DNA from: Mycobacteriales bacterium
GTDB taxonomy: Bacteria > Actinomycetota > Actinomycetes > JAFAQI01
NCBI GenBank assembly: GCA_036267755.1
Contig: DATAVK010000134.1
Coordinates: 2,799 to 66,798, forward strand
DNA length: 64,000 nt
Direction: 5' to 3'
Both the position numbers and the translations under genes were made by a program. Position 1 is the stretch's first letter. Every line of letters begins with the position of its first letter. Shown here one piece after another: positions 28,806-37,600 of the stretch. Under the pieces are notes generated by a model. The model did not search any database, had not been told where the DNA came from, and worked only from the letters and a program-made list of their open reading frames with translations.

Positions 28806-30176
28806 TTAGCGGGAGGCCAGGTAGCCGAGCAGGTCCTGCCGGGTGATGATGCCCGTCGGCTTGCCGTCGTCGAGAACCACTGCGGCGTCGGCGTCGTGCA
28901 GCGCCGCGACGGCGGCCTCCACGGCCTCCCCCGCGCCGATCACGGGCAGCGGGGCCGACTGGTGTGCCTCGAGGGAGTCCGCCAGCCTCGCTCGCCCGTC
29001 GAAGAGGGCGTCGAGCAGGTCACGCTCGACGACCGACCCGACGATCTCGGCGGCCATGACCGGCGGCTCCTCCTTCACCACCGGCATCTGGGAGACGCCG
29101 TACTCGCGGAGGATGTCGATCGCGTCGCGAACCGTCTCGTTCGGATGGACGTGGACGAACTCCGGCAGCTGCGCCCCCTTGCGGGTGAGCACGTCGCGGA
29201 CGGTCTCGTGTTGCGCGACTCCGGTCGGGAAGCCGTAGTCGGCCATCCAGTCGTCACTGAAGATCTTGGACAGGTAGCCGCGCCCGCCGTCGGGCAGCAG
29301 GACGACGACCAGGTCGTCGGGCCCAGCCTCGGCGGCGACCGTGAGCGCCGCGACGGTGGCCATCCCGCACGAGCCGCCGACCAGCAGTCCCTCCTCGCGG
29401 GCGAGCCGCCGCGTCATGGTGAACGAGTCGCCGTCCGAGACCGCGACGATGCGGTCACACACGTCGGGGTCGTAGTTGGCCGGCCAGAAGTCCTCGCCGA
29501 CTCCTTCAACGAGGTACGGCCGGCCGGTGCCACCCGAGTAGACCGAGCCCTCGGGGTCGGCGCCGATCACCTGCACCCGGCCGTCGGAGACCTCCTTGAG
29601 ATACCGCCCGGTGCCGCTGATGGTTCCGCCGGTCCCGATGCCGGCGACGAAGTGCGTGATCCGCCCCTCGGTCTGCTCCCACAGCTCCGGGCCGGTGGTC
29701 TCGTAGTGCGATCGCGGGTTGGCCGGGTTGGAGTACTGGTCGGGCTTCCACCCACCCGGGCGCTCGCCCACCAGCCGCTGCGACACCGAGTAGTAGGAGT
29801 CCGGCGACTCGGGCGCGACGGCGGTCGGGCAGACCACCACCTCCGCGCCGTACGCCCGAAGCACGTTGATCTTGTCTTGCGAGACCTTGTCCGGGCACAC
29901 GAAGGTGCAGGCGTAGCCGCGCTGCTGCGCGATGATCGCCAGCCCGATCCCGGTGTTGCCGCTGGTCGGCTCCACGATGGTGCCGCCAGGTTTCAACGCC
30001 CCGGACTGCTCCGCCTCGTCGATCATGCGGGCCGCGATCCGGTCCTTCACGGACCCACCGGGGTTGAAGTACTCGACTTTCGCGACCACGTCGGCGGGTA
30101 CGCCGGCCGTCACGGAGTTCAGCCGGACGAGCGGTGTTCGACCAATCAGGGCGACTACTGATTCATACACGTCCAC
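28806..30176 (-). CDS. cbs: cystathionine beta-synthase with C-terminal tandem CBS domains
   Basis: 456 aa with GGSVKDRIA, SGNTGIGLA and a CBS pair at the C-terminus. Confidence 0.93.
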   Translation of the reverse strand: MDVYESVVALIGRTPLVRLNSVTAGVPADVVAKVEYFNPGGSVKDRIAARMIDEAEQSGALKPGGTIVEPTSGNTGIGLAIIAQQRGYACTFVCPDKVSQDKINVLRAYGAEVVVCPTAVAPESPDSYYSVSQRLVGERPGGWKPDQYSNPANPRSHYETTGPELWEQTEGRITHFVAGIGTGGTISGTGRYLKEVSDGRVQVIGADPEGSVYSGGTGRPYLVEGVGEDFWPANYDPDVCDRIVAVSDGDSFTMTRRLAREEGLLVGGSCGMATVAALTVAAEAGPDDLVVVLLPDGGRGYLSKIFSDDWMADYGFPTGVAQHETVRDVLTRKGAQLPEFVHVHPNETVRDAIDILREYGVSQMPVVKEEPPVMAAEIVGSVVERDLLDALFDGRARLADSLEAHQSAPLPVIGAGEAVEAAVAALHDADAAVVLDDGKPTGIITRQDLLGYLASR

Positions 30177-30241
30177 GCGGGAAAGTTACTCTGAAGTAGG
30201 CGCGCCGTTCGGCGCAGCCGCGTCATCGGAGGAGTTCAGTC

Positions 30242-31462
30242 GTGCCCGAAGCCGTCATCGTCTCGACCGCCCGCTCGCCTATCGGCCGCGCCTTCAAGGG
30301 CTCGCTGGTCGACCTTCGTCCCGACGACTTGGCCGCGACCATCGTGCAGGCGGCGCTGGACAAGGTCCCGTCGCTCGACCCGCACACCGTCGAGGACCTC
30401 ATCATGGGCTGCGGCCTCCCCGGGGGCGAGCAGGGTTACAACATCGGCCGGGTCGTGGCCACACTGCTGGGTCTCGACGACGTCCCCGGTACGACGATCA
30501 CCCGCTACTGCTCGTCATCGCTGCAGTCGACGCGGCAGGCGTTCCACGCCATCAAGGCCGGCGAGGGCGACATCTTCATCAGCGCGGGCGTCGAGACGGT
30601 GAGCCGGTTCGTGAAGGGCAGCAGCGACGGCCTGCCCGACACCGAGAACCCGCGCTTCGCTGACAGCAGGGCCCGCGAGGCGAAGATGGCCGAGGGCGGG
30701 TTCGAATGGCACGACCCGCGCGAGGACGGCGCGCTCCCGGGCGTCTACATCGCGATGGGCCAGACCGCGGAGAACGTCGCTCAGCTCAAGGGGATCAGCC
30801 GCCAGGAGCAGGACGAGTTCGGCGTCCGCTCGCAGAACCTGGCCGAGAAGGCGATCGCCAACGGCTTCTGGGAGCGGGAGATCACGCCGGTCGAGACGCC
30901 CAACGGCACGGTCGCGAAGGACGACGGCCCGCGGGCCGGCGTCACGCTGGAGGGCGTCTCCGGACTCAAGCCGGTGTTCCGTCCCGACGGCACGGTCACG
31001 GCCGGCAACTGCTGCCCGCTCAACGACGGCGCCGCCGCCGTGATCATCATGAGCGACACCAAGGCCAAGGAGCTCGGGCTCACGCCGCTGGCCCGGATCG
31101 TCTCCACCGCGGTCACGGCACTCAGCCCGGAGATCATGGGCCTCGGCCCGATCGAGGCGTCGAAGCGGGCGCTCGCGCTCGCCGGCAAGACCATCGACGA
31201 CATCGACCTGGTCGAGATCAACGAAGCCTTCGCCGCACAGGTCATCCCGTCGGCGCGCGAGATCGGGATCGACCCGTTCGGGGACAAGCTCAACATCAAC
31301 GGCGGCGCGATCGCCGTCGGCCACCCGTTCGGCATGACCGGCGCGCGCATCACGACGACGCTCATCAACTCGCTGCAGACGCATGACAAGACGTTCGGTC
31401 TTGAGACCATGTGCGTCGGCGGCGGTCAGGGCATGGCCATGGTGCTGGAGCGGCTCAGCTGA
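30242..31462 (+). CDS. acetyl-CoA C-acyltransferase (thiolase)
   Basis: 406 aa with active-site Cys in RYCSSSLQS and C-terminal CVGGGQGMAM. Positional equivalent of fadA3. Confidence 0.95.
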   Translation: MPEAVIVSTARSPIGRAFKGSLVDLRPDDLAATIVQAALDKVPSLDPHTVEDLIMGCGLPGGEQGYNIGRVVATLLGLDDVPGTTITRYCSSSLQSTRQAFHAIKAGEGDIFISAGVETVSRFVKGSSDGLPDTENPRFADSRAREAKMAEGGFEWHDPREDGALPGVYIAMGQTAENVAQLKGISRQEQDEFGVRSQNLAEKAIANGFWEREITPVETPNGTVAKDDGPRAGVTLEGVSGLKPVFRPDGTVTAGNCCPLNDGAAAVIIMSDTKAKELGLTPLARIVSTAVTALSPEIMGLGPIEASKRALALAGKTIDDIDLVEINEAFAAQVIPSAREIGIDPFGDKLNINGGAIAVGHPFGMTGARITTTLINSLQTHDKTFGLETMCVGGGQGMAMVLERLS

Positions 31463-31475
31463 GCCACCCGTCGGG

Positions 31476-31811
31476 CTAGCGGGTGGCCGACCAGGCCGCT
31501 CGCAGCTCGGCGATCAGGCGGTCCAGGGCCGCCGGATCAGGGGTAGCAGCAAGCGTCTCGAGCACGTCGCCGCCGATCACGGCGGTCACGTCGGCAAGGG
31601 CGTAGTCGGGCAGGTCGGGAATCTCGTGCAGCTCGGTCGACTCGACGGCTGCATCGAGGACGGCAAGTTCCTGGAGCAGCCGGGCCACTGGCTCGCGGCG
31701 CGTCGACCATGCGCGGGCCGTGAGCTGGGTCATCCGGCGGATCAGGCGGTTGAGCTCGGCGGCCGCGAGGCTGAGCAGTTCGTCGTACCCCTCGCCGCCC
31801 CCTGCAGTCAC
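31476..31811 (-). CDS. hypothetical protein
   Basis: Third-position GC becomes coding-like only from the GTG at 31811 (VTAGGGEGYDELL...). The track start at 31910 is preceded by poor codon usage. No family recognised. Confidence 0.4.
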   Translation of the reverse strand: MTAGGGEGYDELLSLAAAELNRLIRRMTQLTARAWSTRREPVARLLQELAVLDAAVESTELHEIPDLPDYALADVTAVIGGDVLETLAATPDPAALDRLIAELRAAWSATR

Positions 31812-31908
31812 CTCAGAGAGCGTATGTGGGGATGAAACTGCCTCTTGTCCCGCACGCGGGTCTGCGGGAGGCTGTTGGCCAAACGTCCGTCCGCCACGGG
31901 AGGCGCTC

Positions 31909-32136
31909 ATGTCGATGCCCCAATCTGAGTCGACTCACCAGTCGCTACTGGCGAGGATCCCGACGGCAACGGGGCGCGACCTGCGCACATGGCTGGGCTG
32001 CCTGGACAACGGACCTGGGCTACTCCGCTTCGACGAGCGCGTCGACTGGCTCCGCGACGAGCACGGCATTCCTCACGGTTACGCGCGTGCGATCGTCCAC
32101 GAGCACGACAAACGGCGGGCAGCGGCGCGCAGCTAA
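31909..32136 (+). CDS. small DUF4287-like protein
   Basis: 75 aa from the ATG at 31909, preceded by GGGAGG. The C-terminal WLRDEHGIPHGYARAIVHEH resembles the DUF4287 signature as I remember it. Confidence 0.55.
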   Translation: MSMPQSESTHQSLLARIPTATGRDLRTWLGCLDNGPGLLRFDERVDWLRDEHGIPHGYARAIVHEHDKRRAAARS

Positions 32137-32146
32137 CGGCCGCGAT

Positions 32147-32557
32147 ATGGACCTCGACGACGCCCGCGCGGTGATCCGCGAGCAGCACCATGCGGTGCTG
32201 GCCACGATGCGCCGCGACGGGACGCCGCAGCTCTCGCCGGTGGCAGCCACTGTCGACGCCGAAGGCCGGGTCGTGGTGTCCTCCCGCGAGACAGCCGTGA
32301 AGACGAAGAACGTACGACGGGACCCCCGGGCCTGGCTCTGCGTGTTCCCGGACGGCTTCTTCGGCCGCTGGGTCCAGGTCGAGGGAACTGTCGACGTGGC
32401 CTCGCTTCCCGAGGCGATGGACGGGCTCGTCGAGTACTACCGATCCGTGTCCGGCGAGCACCCCGACTGGGATGACTACCGAGCCGCGATGCAGCGTGAG
32501 CAGCGAGTCCTGATCCGGCTCGAGCTCACCCGCGCCGGACCGGACGTGTCCGGCTAG
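32147..32557 (+). CDS. PPOX-class (pyridoxamine 5'-phosphate oxidase fold) probable F420-dependent oxidoreductase
   Basis: 136 aa from the ATG at 32147 (HHAVLATMRRDGTPQLSPV...ETAVKTKNVRRDPR). Confidence 0.8.
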   Translation: MDLDDARAVIREQHHAVLATMRRDGTPQLSPVAATVDAEGRVVVSSRETAVKTKNVRRDPRAWLCVFPDGFFGRWVQVEGTVDVASLPEAMDGLVEYYRSVSGEHPDWDDYRAAMQREQRVLIRLELTRAGPDVSG

Positions 32558-33030
32558 CCGTAGACGAGCCGAGCGATCCAGTCGGCCACCAGCGCCGGCT
32601 TGTCCTCACCCTCGATCTCCACCGTCATGGTCCGGGTGGTCTGCAGGGTGTTCTCGTCCTTGCGGTCGACGGCGGACAGCACGCTCGACACCCGGATCCG
32701 GGATCCCACCTTCACCGGGTTGATGAAGCGCACCTTGTCGAATCCGTAGTTGACGCCCATGACGATGCCGTCGAAGCGCTCCGGCGGCTGCTCGATCGAG
32801 CCCGACAGGTGGGTGAGCAGTGAGAGCGTCAGGAAGCCGTGGGCGATCGTCGTACCCCAGGGCGAGAGCTCGGCGGCCTGCTTCGGGTCGACGTGAATGA
32901 ACTGGTGGTCTTCGGTCACGTCGGCGAAGTCATTGATCCGCTCCTGCGTGATCTCGAACCACTCACCGGTGCCTTCGGACTGGCCAACGGCTTCGCTCAG
33001 CAGTTTGTAGGCGTCGTCACCCTTGCTCAT
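32554..33030 (-). CDS. MaoC-like (hot-dog fold) dehydratase
   Basis: 158 aa from the ATG at 33030 (FADVTEDHQFIHVDP, TIAHGFLTLSL). Confidence 0.85.
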   Translation of the reverse strand: MSKGDDAYKLLSEAVGQSEGTGEWFEITQERINDFADVTEDHQFIHVDPKQAAELSPWGTTIAHGFLTLSLLTHLSGSIEQPPERFDGIVMGVNYGFDKVRFINPVKVGSRIRVSSVLSAVDRKDENTLQTTRTMTVEIEGEDKPALVADWIARLVYG

Positions 33031-33114
33031 GAACGTCCTCTCTCGATGTGCCTGATCACCGACCGGCGGTCGCCGGAACGGTTCGTGCTGCCAGCGTCGA
33101 GTTCGCACCCAGCC

Positions 33115-33188
33115 GGTGCCCCCGGTCGGACTCGAACCGACACTGGACCCGTTTTAAGCGAGCTGCCTCTACGTTGGGCTACGGGGGC
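33115..33188 (-). tRNA. tRNA-like gene with aberrant D arm and apparent UAA anticodon on a class I scaffold (possibly a pseudo-tRNA)
   Basis: Reverse complement GCCCCCGTAGCCCAACGTAGAGGCAGCTCGCTTAAAACGGGTCCAGTGTCGGTTCGAGTCCGACCGGGGGCACC. It has a perfect 7-bp acceptor stem, a canonical T arm GTCGG/TTCGAGT/CCGAC and discriminator A. The D loop lacks GG and the variable loop is 5 nt. Confidence 0.6.
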
Positions 33189-33219
33189 CAACGCCACCGT
33201 AGCGAGCGGCGGCCGCTCG

Positions 33220-34536
33220 TCATCGTGTCTTGGCCGCCTCCCTGAACGCTCCTTTCGGGTCGGCGAACGACCCGAACGACACGATCTCGCGACGGAAGAA
33301 CAGGGCAAGCGTCCAGTCGCTCGCGACCCGCAGCTTCCGGTTGGTCGTCGGCACCCGCGACAGGTGGTAGGTCCGGTGCATGAACCAGGCAGGCAGTCCG
33401 CGCAGCTTGACGCCGTAGACCTCGGCGACTCCGCGGTGCAGGCCGAGGCTCGCCACCGACCCCGCGTAGGCATGCCGGTAGTCCGTGAGCGGCTCACCGC
33501 GCAGCGACGCCACCACGTTGTCCGCCAGCCGTTTGGCCTGGCGCACCGCATGCTGCGCCGTCGGGCCGCACAACGCTTTCGGATCTTGCTTAGTCAGGTC
33601 GCGGACCGCGGCGCAGTCGCCGGCGGACCAGGCGCCCGCGACGCCGCGGACCCGCAGGTCGGGAGTGCACCGCAGCCGGCCCTTGTCATCCCGTGGCAAG
33701 TCGGTCGACTCGAGCATTGGGTTCGGGCGGACGCCAGCGGTCCACACCACCGTCTCGGCCTCGAACCGTTCCCCGTCGGAGAGCTCGATGTGGCCGTCGA
33801 CGACCGATTCGACACGGGTGTTCGGGCGTACCTCGATGTCACGCTGCTCCAGCTGTTCGACCGTGTACTCAGCCATGTCCTCGCTGACCTCGGGCAGGAT
33901 CCGACCGGTGGCCTCGACCATCACCCACCGCATGTCCCGGGGCGTCAACTCGGGGTAGAAGCGCATCGCGCTTCTTGCCATGTCTTCTAGTTCGGCGATG
34001 GCCTCTATTCCGGCGTAGCCGGCGCCGATAAAGACAAAGGAGAGCGCCCGACGACGGATCTTGACGTCATCGGTCGACGCGGCGAGATCGAGGCGGGCAA
34101 GAACATGGTTGCGCAGGTAAATGGCCTCGGCCACGGTCTTGAAGCCGATGCCACGCTCGGCCAATCCAGGGATCGGCAGCGTGCGCGCGATCGAGCCGGG
34201 TGCCACGACGATCACGTCGTACCGGAGGTCGCGTTGCTCACCCTCCTCGGGCGCGAATCGGGCGGTTCGGGCGGCGTGGTCGATCGAGATGATGCGCCCC
34301 GTGAGCAACCGGCATCCCTCGAGCACCTTGCGCAACGGCACCACCACATGACGCGGCTCGAGGTTGCCCGCCGCGGACTCCGGAAGGAACGGCTGGTAGG
34401 TCATGTAGGACTGCGCGTCGACAACGGTGATAGTCGCCTCAGTGCGCGGCAACCTACGCTTGAGGCGCAGCGCGGCGTACATGCCGACATACCCCCCGCC
34501 GACCACGAGGATGTCCGGTGTCTTCGCTAGTGCCAC
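33220..34536 (-). CDS. ndh: type II NADH dehydrogenase-like FAD/NAD(P)-dependent oxidoreductase
   Basis: 438 aa with two dinucleotide-binding motifs (VVGGGYVGM, FIGAGYAGIE). Confidence 0.88.
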   Translation of the reverse strand: MALAKTPDILVVGGGYVGMYAALRLKRRLPRTEATITVVDAQSYMTYQPFLPESAAGNLEPRHVVVPLRKVLEGCRLLTGRIISIDHAARTARFAPEEGEQRDLRYDVIVVAPGSIARTLPIPGLAERGIGFKTVAEAIYLRNHVLARLDLAASTDDVKIRRRALSFVFIGAGYAGIEAIAELEDMARSAMRFYPELTPRDMRWVMVEATGRILPEVSEDMAEYTVEQLEQRDIEVRPNTRVESVVDGHIELSDGERFEAETVVWTAGVRPNPMLESTDLPRDDKGRLRCTPDLRVRGVAGAWSAGDCAAVRDLTKQDPKALCGPTAQHAVRQAKRLADNVVASLRGEPLTDYRHAYAGSVASLGLHRGVAEVYGVKLRGLPAWFMHRTYHLSRVPTTNRKLRVASDWTLALFFRREIVSFGSFADPKGAFREAAKTR

Positions 34537-34575
34537 GTCAGGGTCCTTACCCAGCCGGACCGTGCCAATACGGCG

Positions 34576-34592
34576 ATCGGTCGACGACCGAT
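34576..34592. promoter_or_regulatory. 17-bp perfect palindrome ATCGGTCG-A-CGACCGAT in a divergent intergenic region
   Basis: Seen directly between the ndh start (34536) and the fusion-gene start (34628). Confidence 0.3.
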
Positions 34593-34627
34593 GGGACAGT
34601 GGTGCAGCTCACACGACCAGGAAGGCC

Positions 34628-37600
34628 ATGACGGACACGCAGGCACCGCGCCGCATCACCTTTCGCGACACGCTGCGCAACCGCGAGTTCCGGGCGATGT
34701 TCTTCGCCGAGTCGCTCAGCATGGTTGGCAACCAGCTCGCGCTGGTAGCGGTCGCCCTACTCATCTACTCACGAACCCACTCAGCGCTGTATTCAGCGCT
34801 CACCTACGCAGTGGGATACGCCCCGTGGCTACTGGTCGGGCCGATCCTCTCGGCATATGCCGACCGACTCCCACGGCGCACCGTCCTCGTGGTCTGCGAC
34901 TTTCTCCGGGCAGTCCTAGTACTCGCGCTGATCTTGCCGGGCCTGCCGACGGCAGTCACGCTAGCGCTGCTCTTCCTCATCGCCCTGCTCGACCCGCCGT
35001 TCCTATCCGCGCGCGCCGCATTGCTCCCCGACGTCGTCGGCGAGGGGCCGATGTACGCGGCGTCGGCGAACCTCTCCAACCTGACGATCCAGCTCGGAAC
35101 CGTGGCTGGTCTCGCCCTCGGTGGCCTTGTTGTCGCCGTGTCTGGCGTTCGTACCGCGCTGTTGGCTGACGCGGCGACTTTTGTCCTGTCAGCGGTGCTG
35201 ATGCAGTTCTGTGTCCGCCATCGTCCCGCCCCGCTCACAGGGACTTCAGCGCTGTGGGCAGATGTCCGCGCCGGGGCGCTTGTTGTTTTTCGGGAGCCAA
35301 AGCTTCGGTGGCTCGTCCTCACTACGTGGCTGATCTCTGCGGCCTGTATCGCGCCGTACGCGGTCGCCGTGCCGTATGCACGCGCTCACGGATACGGTTC
35401 TCTGACGGCTGGTCTGCTAGCGGCGGCCGTGCCTTTCGGAGGTGTCCTCGGCGCCCTTCTACTGGCGCGCATCCTCCCGTTGCGAGCAGCCGAGCCGCTG
35501 ATGTTGCCGATGGCCCTGCTGACGCCATTGCTGCTGGCGATAACGGCGGCAGACCCGCGTCCCGAACTCGTCGGGCCGCTTTGGGTCGTAGCCGGCATCA
35601 CGAGCGCGATGATGCTCACCGCCAACCGAGTGTTTGTGGTCAGCGTGCCGAGCGAAATGCGTGGTCGGGCGTTCGGCATCGCTGTTGCTGGCTTGATGGG
35701 GGCCCAAGGGTTGGGCGCCCTACTCGCAGGGTTGATCGCCCAGCATGTGGGCTCGGCCCTAGCGGTTGCTGACCTGGCCCTTCCGGTGTTCGCAATGGTG
35801 GTGATCGTTTCCCTGACCTCGGCCTTTAGCCCGGAAGGGGATCGGCCGATGAACTCCGAGAACACTGCCCACGATGAGGATTCCACCATGCCGGCAGCAT
35901 CGCGTCGGCCCGCGCTTCGGGTCTGGGCGTTGAACGCTGTTCTCGTTCTGTTCTCCGCCTTGGCTTTCTTCGGCTTGTCCGGGCACAGCACGTATCTCGA
36001 CATCAATCTGAGTCCGTGGTGGCTGCTCTTCCTCTTCGTGATTGGCATGGCGTACCCGGTCTCGTTCGAGTTCCGCAAGCAGTCCATGATCATCAGCTTC
36101 GAAACGGTCCCGCTCATTTGCGGGCTGCTGTTCCTCAGCCCGTTTACCTTGATCGCTATACGGGTCTTTGCCGTGCTCGTCACGGACGCCGCGATCCGTC
36201 GCCTCCCAGTCGTCCGATGGGTTTTCAACTGTGGGCTGACGGCGATTTGCACCTATCTGTCGATCGAGTTGTTCTCGCTGTTCAGTGGCGGCCAACATCA
36301 GGCGCATCCCGGCATCTGGCCGGCGATCTTTGCGTCCGTGGTCGCCGGTGAGGTCTGCTCGGTGCTCCTCGTGGGCGTCGCAGTCGGGCTCACCGACCAC
36401 ACCTGGAAGCCGATCGAGTCGCTGCGAGTGCTCGCTTTTGCCATCCCGGTCAACGTCGTTGCGGCCTGCCTGGGCCTACTCGCGGCCGCAGCTTTGACCT
36501 ACGACGTCGCTACGGCCTGGGCTATCTCCATCTTCCTGTTGTTGTCGGTCGGCGCCATGCAGGTCTATCACCGCCTGTCGCAGCGGGCCGCCGCCCTGGA
36601 TCGGTTGTACGCGGTTGCACGTGAGATGGGGCCGATCGCCGCCGATCCGGCCGACCTCGCGCCTGCCCTGACTCAGCTTCGCCGCATCATGCGCGCCGAT
36701 GAACTGGAGCTGTCGGTCACCACCAGTGCAGACCGATCGTTCGCAACCGTCGTTACGGTCTTCGATGACGAAAACTCGGGCGGCGAGGGCGTATCCGTCA
36801 TGAAGCGTGCACTCGACGACGAGATGGAAGCGTCGCTCGACCCGCGGTTCAAAGCCCGCCTGTGGTTGCCACGATCTCGCCGTAGCCGCCAGGAGGCAGA
36901 CCGGCTATCGACGAGGGTGTCCAGTGGCGACCGCACGTTAGGGGTCCTCTCCGCGATCGGCCGTACCGACCAGACGGCAACCTTCGAATCCTCCGACCTT
37001 CACCTGCTCGAGGCAGCCGCTGACCAACTGGCCACGGCGCTCGAGAAGGGACGCCTGGTCGAGAGCCTCCGCCGGGCGGCCACCCGCGACGCCCTGACCG
37101 GGCTGGCGAACCTGGAGAGCCTCCGGTCATTCCTCGCGACGATGCTCGACACGGGGACTGGTGGAGTCCTCCTGCTGCTCGACATCGACCGCTTCCACGA
37201 CGTCAACGACATGCTCGGCCACGATGCTGGCGACGCGGTTCTCGTCGAGGTGGCGCGCCGACTCGAGAGCTCCCCCAGCCATGGCGCGCTGACCGCACGA
37301 GTGGGCAGCGACCAGTTCGCGCTGGCCATCCCCGGAGCAGCCGGCAGCGAGGTCGCTCGGCTGGCTGCCCTCGCCGTGAAGTCACGCGTCGACGGCTCGC
37401 TGCGCTTCGCTGACGTCAGCGCCGATGTGCGCGTGACGGTTGGCGTCGCACGCTCGCCAGATCACGGCCACGACGCGCCGACCCTGCTGCGCCGGGCCGA
37501 GATGGCGATGACGGTCGCCAAGGGCACCTCGTCAGGCATCGGTGAGTGGGAGCCCAGCTACGAACGCGACGGAAGCCGCCGGCTGCAGCTACTCGCGGGG

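Noticed and set aside
31908-31911. Divergent genes with start codons overlapping on opposite strands (CATG).
   Set aside because: The first ~33 codons of the minus-strand ORF have poor third-position GC. Its real start is more likely the GTG at 31811, which leaves a normal divergent spacer.
33115-33188. Interpretation as a bldA-type tRNA-Leu(UAA).
   Set aside because: bldA and other bacterial tRNA-Leu have a long variable arm and a normal D loop. This molecule has a 5-nt variable loop and no GG in the D loop, so I report only a tRNA-like element of uncertain identity.
34427-34627. Upstream extension of the fusion ORF to 34427 (1313-aa version).
   Set aside because: It overlaps the ndh coding region on the opposite strand. 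The ATG at 34628 has an SD and precedes the first MFS helix at a normal distance.
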